Assembly: GCA_045106855.1 (NCBI GenBank)
Contig: JBGCFI010000026.1
Location: 40,711 to 104,710 of the forward strand
Origin: Granulosicoccus sp.
Lineage (GTDB): Bacteria > Pseudomonadota > Gammaproteobacteria > Granulosicoccales > Granulosicoccaceae
DNA: 64,000 nt
Reading direction: 5' to 3'
Under the pieces are notes generated by a model. The model did no database searches, was not told the DNA's origin, and was given only the letters and a program-made list of their open reading frames with translations. The position numbers and the translations under genes are program-made. Shown one piece after another: positions 62,017 through 64,000 of the stretch. Each line of letters opens with the position of its first letter. Position 1 is the first letter of the stretch.

Positions 62017-62412
62017 ATGGATTTACTGAAAATGGGCCAAGATCTACTTGGCGACAAACTTGGCGATGCCGGAGGCATCATGGAAGCCCTGTCAGGACTC
62101 ACCAGTGGTGAGGGCCTGGATGTTGGTGCGATTGCCGAAAAACTGAAAGAAGGTGGTTTGGGTGATCAGGTCAGTTCGTGGTTGGGCGATGGCGACAATG
62201 CCCCTGTATCGGCTGATCAGATTACAAGCGCTCTGGGTTCGGACAAAATCAGTGAGATGGCTTCAAAGCTTGGAGTGGATGCTGGCTCTGCGGCAGAAAC
62301 TTTGTCTCAGGCAATGCCTTCACTGATGGATAAGCTGAGCTCAGGAGGCAATCTGCTTGATTCTGTGACATCCGGTAATCCTCTGGATATGGCGAAAAAT
62401 CTGTTCAAATAA
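62017..62412 (+). CDS. YidB/DUF937 family protein
   Basis: 131 aa, Gly/Asp/Leu-rich, with SWLGDGDNAPVSADQITSALG typical of DUF937. Confidence 0.7.
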   Translation: MDLLKMGQDLLGDKLGDAGGIMEALSGLTSGEGLDVGAIAEKLKEGGLGDQVSSWLGDGDNAPVSADQITSALGSDKISEMASKLGVDAGSAAETLSQAMPSLMDKLSSGGNLLDSVTSGNPLDMAKNLFK

Positions 62413-62487
62413 GCCTGACTTGTATCGTTCCGGGCAATAGCAAAAAATTGATTACACAACAGTTTTCAATCGCGAACTGCCAACTGG

Positions 62488-62526
62488 ATCAGCAAGGCCT
62501 TAACAGAAGGTTTTGCTGATTCTTAC
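62488..62526 (+). terminator. Hairpin, possible terminator after the DUF937 gene
   Basis: 14-bp stem atcagcaaggcctt / aaggttttgctgat (two G-U pairs) with loop aacag. The T-tail is weak (tcttac). Confidence 0.3.
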
Positions 62527-62608
62527 AGCTTGAGGCGGCATTGCCCACTCCGTCTGCGAACCCATCCGTGCAGTTCGTCATTCAAAGCCACATCAACCAT
62601 CCATTTAC

Positions 62609-64000
62609 TTATCCGCGCGTTGGTGAATCGAGTAACGAAAGTGAAGGCGATTCACGCAGTAGCTGCCGGCTGTAGTCGGACGAGGGTGCGCTGAAAAAGC
62701 GTTCACTGGGTGTGGTTTCAATATGTTGGCCATTGCGTAAAACCATAACGGTATCTGCCATCTGTCTGACAACTGCCAGGTTGTGGCTGATGAACAGTAT
62801 GGTCAGCCCCAGTGACTGTTGCAGATCCTTGAGTAAGTTCAGTATCTGTGCCTGTATAGACACATCCAGCGCTGATGTAGGCTCATCACAAATCAGAAAT
62901 TGAGGGCGTGCGACGAGCGCTCTTGCAATTGCAATGCGCTGTCGTTGTCCGCCTGAAAACTGATGCGGGTATTTGAGCATGGCACGTTGCGGCATACCGA
63001 CAAGCTCCAGAATGGAGGCTATTAGTCGTCTTTGTTCAGCGTTTTTATCGACCAGACCATAAAAACGCAGGCTTTCTTTCAATATCGCCTCGACGGTACG
63101 GCGGTTGTTCAGAGATGAGTAGGGATCCTGAAAAACCATTTGAATCTGGCGTCTGGCAGGATGAGCGCGAGTACGAACTCGTGCATCCGGTAGTATCTGG
63201 TCATTGAAGTACATGGATCCTTGTGATGTTGCTACCAGCCCGACAATAGCTTTTGCAAGCGTCGACTTACCGCTGCCGCTTTCACCGACCACCCCCAGCA
63301 CTTGTCCGCGCTGCAGAACCAGCTCGATGGAATCAAGCGCTTTGAATCCGGGTTTTTTTCGTAGCCAGCCATTATGTGCACCATACACAACAGACAGGTT
63401 CTCAATCCTTAACAGCGGTTCTTGTGCGATGTCCGGCTGAGTCACAACATCGCTAACTGATTCTGGCAAGGTGGTATAGGGTGTATCCGGTGTGTGGTCA
63501 TGCAATAACCAGGTGGAGGCATGATGTGAGCTGGCACCTTCAATTTTCCAGTCGCTCTGTCCGTCAATACGATGATCGTCAGCAGCAATATTCACAAAGC
63601 GCTCGGCCTGCCGCTCTATGCGCGGTACCGCTGCCATGAGTTGCCGGGTATAGGCCTGATCCGGATCGCCCAGTACCTTGTCAGTACTGCCATGCTCGAT
63701 GACACGTCCATAACGTAGTACGGTCACGACATCGGTAACCTCGGCAATAACGCCAATGTCATGTGTAATGAGGATGACGCCGACACCACGATTTTTTGCC
63801 AGATCACGAATCAAGGCGAGAATCTGTTTTTGAATTGACACATCCAGCGCTGTGGTTGGTTCATCGGCGATGATCAGTTCAGGCTCTGTGCATAGCGCTA
63901 AGGCAATGACAACACGCTGTCGCATACCGCCGGAAAACTGGTGAGGATACTCGTCTATTCTCTGCTCCGCGTTGTCGATACCGGTTTCCGTAAGAAGATC
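62609..64000 (-). CDS. ABC transporter ATP-binding protein with two fused ATPase cassettes (Dpp/Opp-type), 5'-truncated by the window edge
   Basis: The track ORF starts at an internal Met. The frame stays open to 64000 (..DEYPHQFSGGMRQRVVIALAL is the cassette 1 signature). Cassette 2 has GESGSGKST, FSGGQRQRIAIARA and LICDEPTSALD. Confidence 0.92.
   Translation of the reverse strand, partial: DLLTETGIDNAEQRIDEYPHQFSGGMRQRVVIALALCTEPELIIADEPTTALDVSIQKQILALIRDLAKNRGVGVILITHDIGVIAEVTDVVTVLRYGRVIEHGSTDKVLGDPDQAYTRQLMAAVPRIERQAERFVNIAADDHRIDGQSDWKIEGASSHHASTWLLHDHTPDTPYTTLPESVSDVVTQPDIAQEPLLRIENLSVVYGAHNGWLRKKPGFKALDSIELVLQRGQVLGVVGESGSGKSTLAKAIVGLVATSQGSMYFNDQILPDARVRTRAHPARRQIQMVFQDPYSSLNNRRTVEAILKESLRFYGLVDKNAEQRRLIASILELVGMPQRAMLKYPHQFSGGQRQRIAIARALVARPQFLICDEPTSALDVSIQAQILNLLKDLQQSLGLTILFISHNLAVVRQMADTVMVLRNGQHIETTPSERFFSAPSSDYSRQLLRESPSLSLLDSPTRG

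Overview
This window looks like the replication-origin region of a gammaproteobacterial chromosome. The core gene order is lptM-lysA-dapF-DUF484-xerC, argH, hemD, ubiD, prlC and gyrB-recF-dnaN-dnaA on the minus strand. It then switches to rpmH-rnpA-yidD-yidC-mnmE, mnmG-rsmG-parA-parB, atpIBEFHAGDC and glmU-glmS on the plus strand. The strand switch falls at about 28-30 kb. I saw no CRISPR array, rRNA or tRNA gene, IS element, transposase or phage integrase; xerC is the only recombinase. Five things stand out from the housekeeping backbone. (1) A minus-strand frame of at least 1402 codons (1..4207) is missing from the ORF track because it runs off the left edge. It fuses a copper-radical oxidase (galactose/glyoxal-oxidase-like) with all catalytic residues present to PKD, beta-propeller and di-haem cytochrome c peroxidase/MauG-like modules. 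(2) A lower-G+C island (about 4.2-8.4 kb) carries an LpxR-like outer-membrane protein and a repeat-protein gene. The track splits that gene into three ORFs, but it reads as one gene broken by two -1 frame changes at T-runs. (3) The 418-bp AT-rich dnaA-dnaN spacer holds a cluster of DnaA boxes and is an oriC candidate, and two Pseudomonas-type parS palindromes lie inside recF. (4) A 48-codon Shine-Dalgarno-preceded ORF with nine consecutive proline codons sits on a G-rich tract just upstream of a TTG-initiated ABC exporter. (5) parA and parB carry unusually long low-complexity extensions, and there is an LVIVD-repeat gene pair. All calls come from reading the sequence and the supplied translations by eye. 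No database search or computation was run, and G+C statements are visual estimates.
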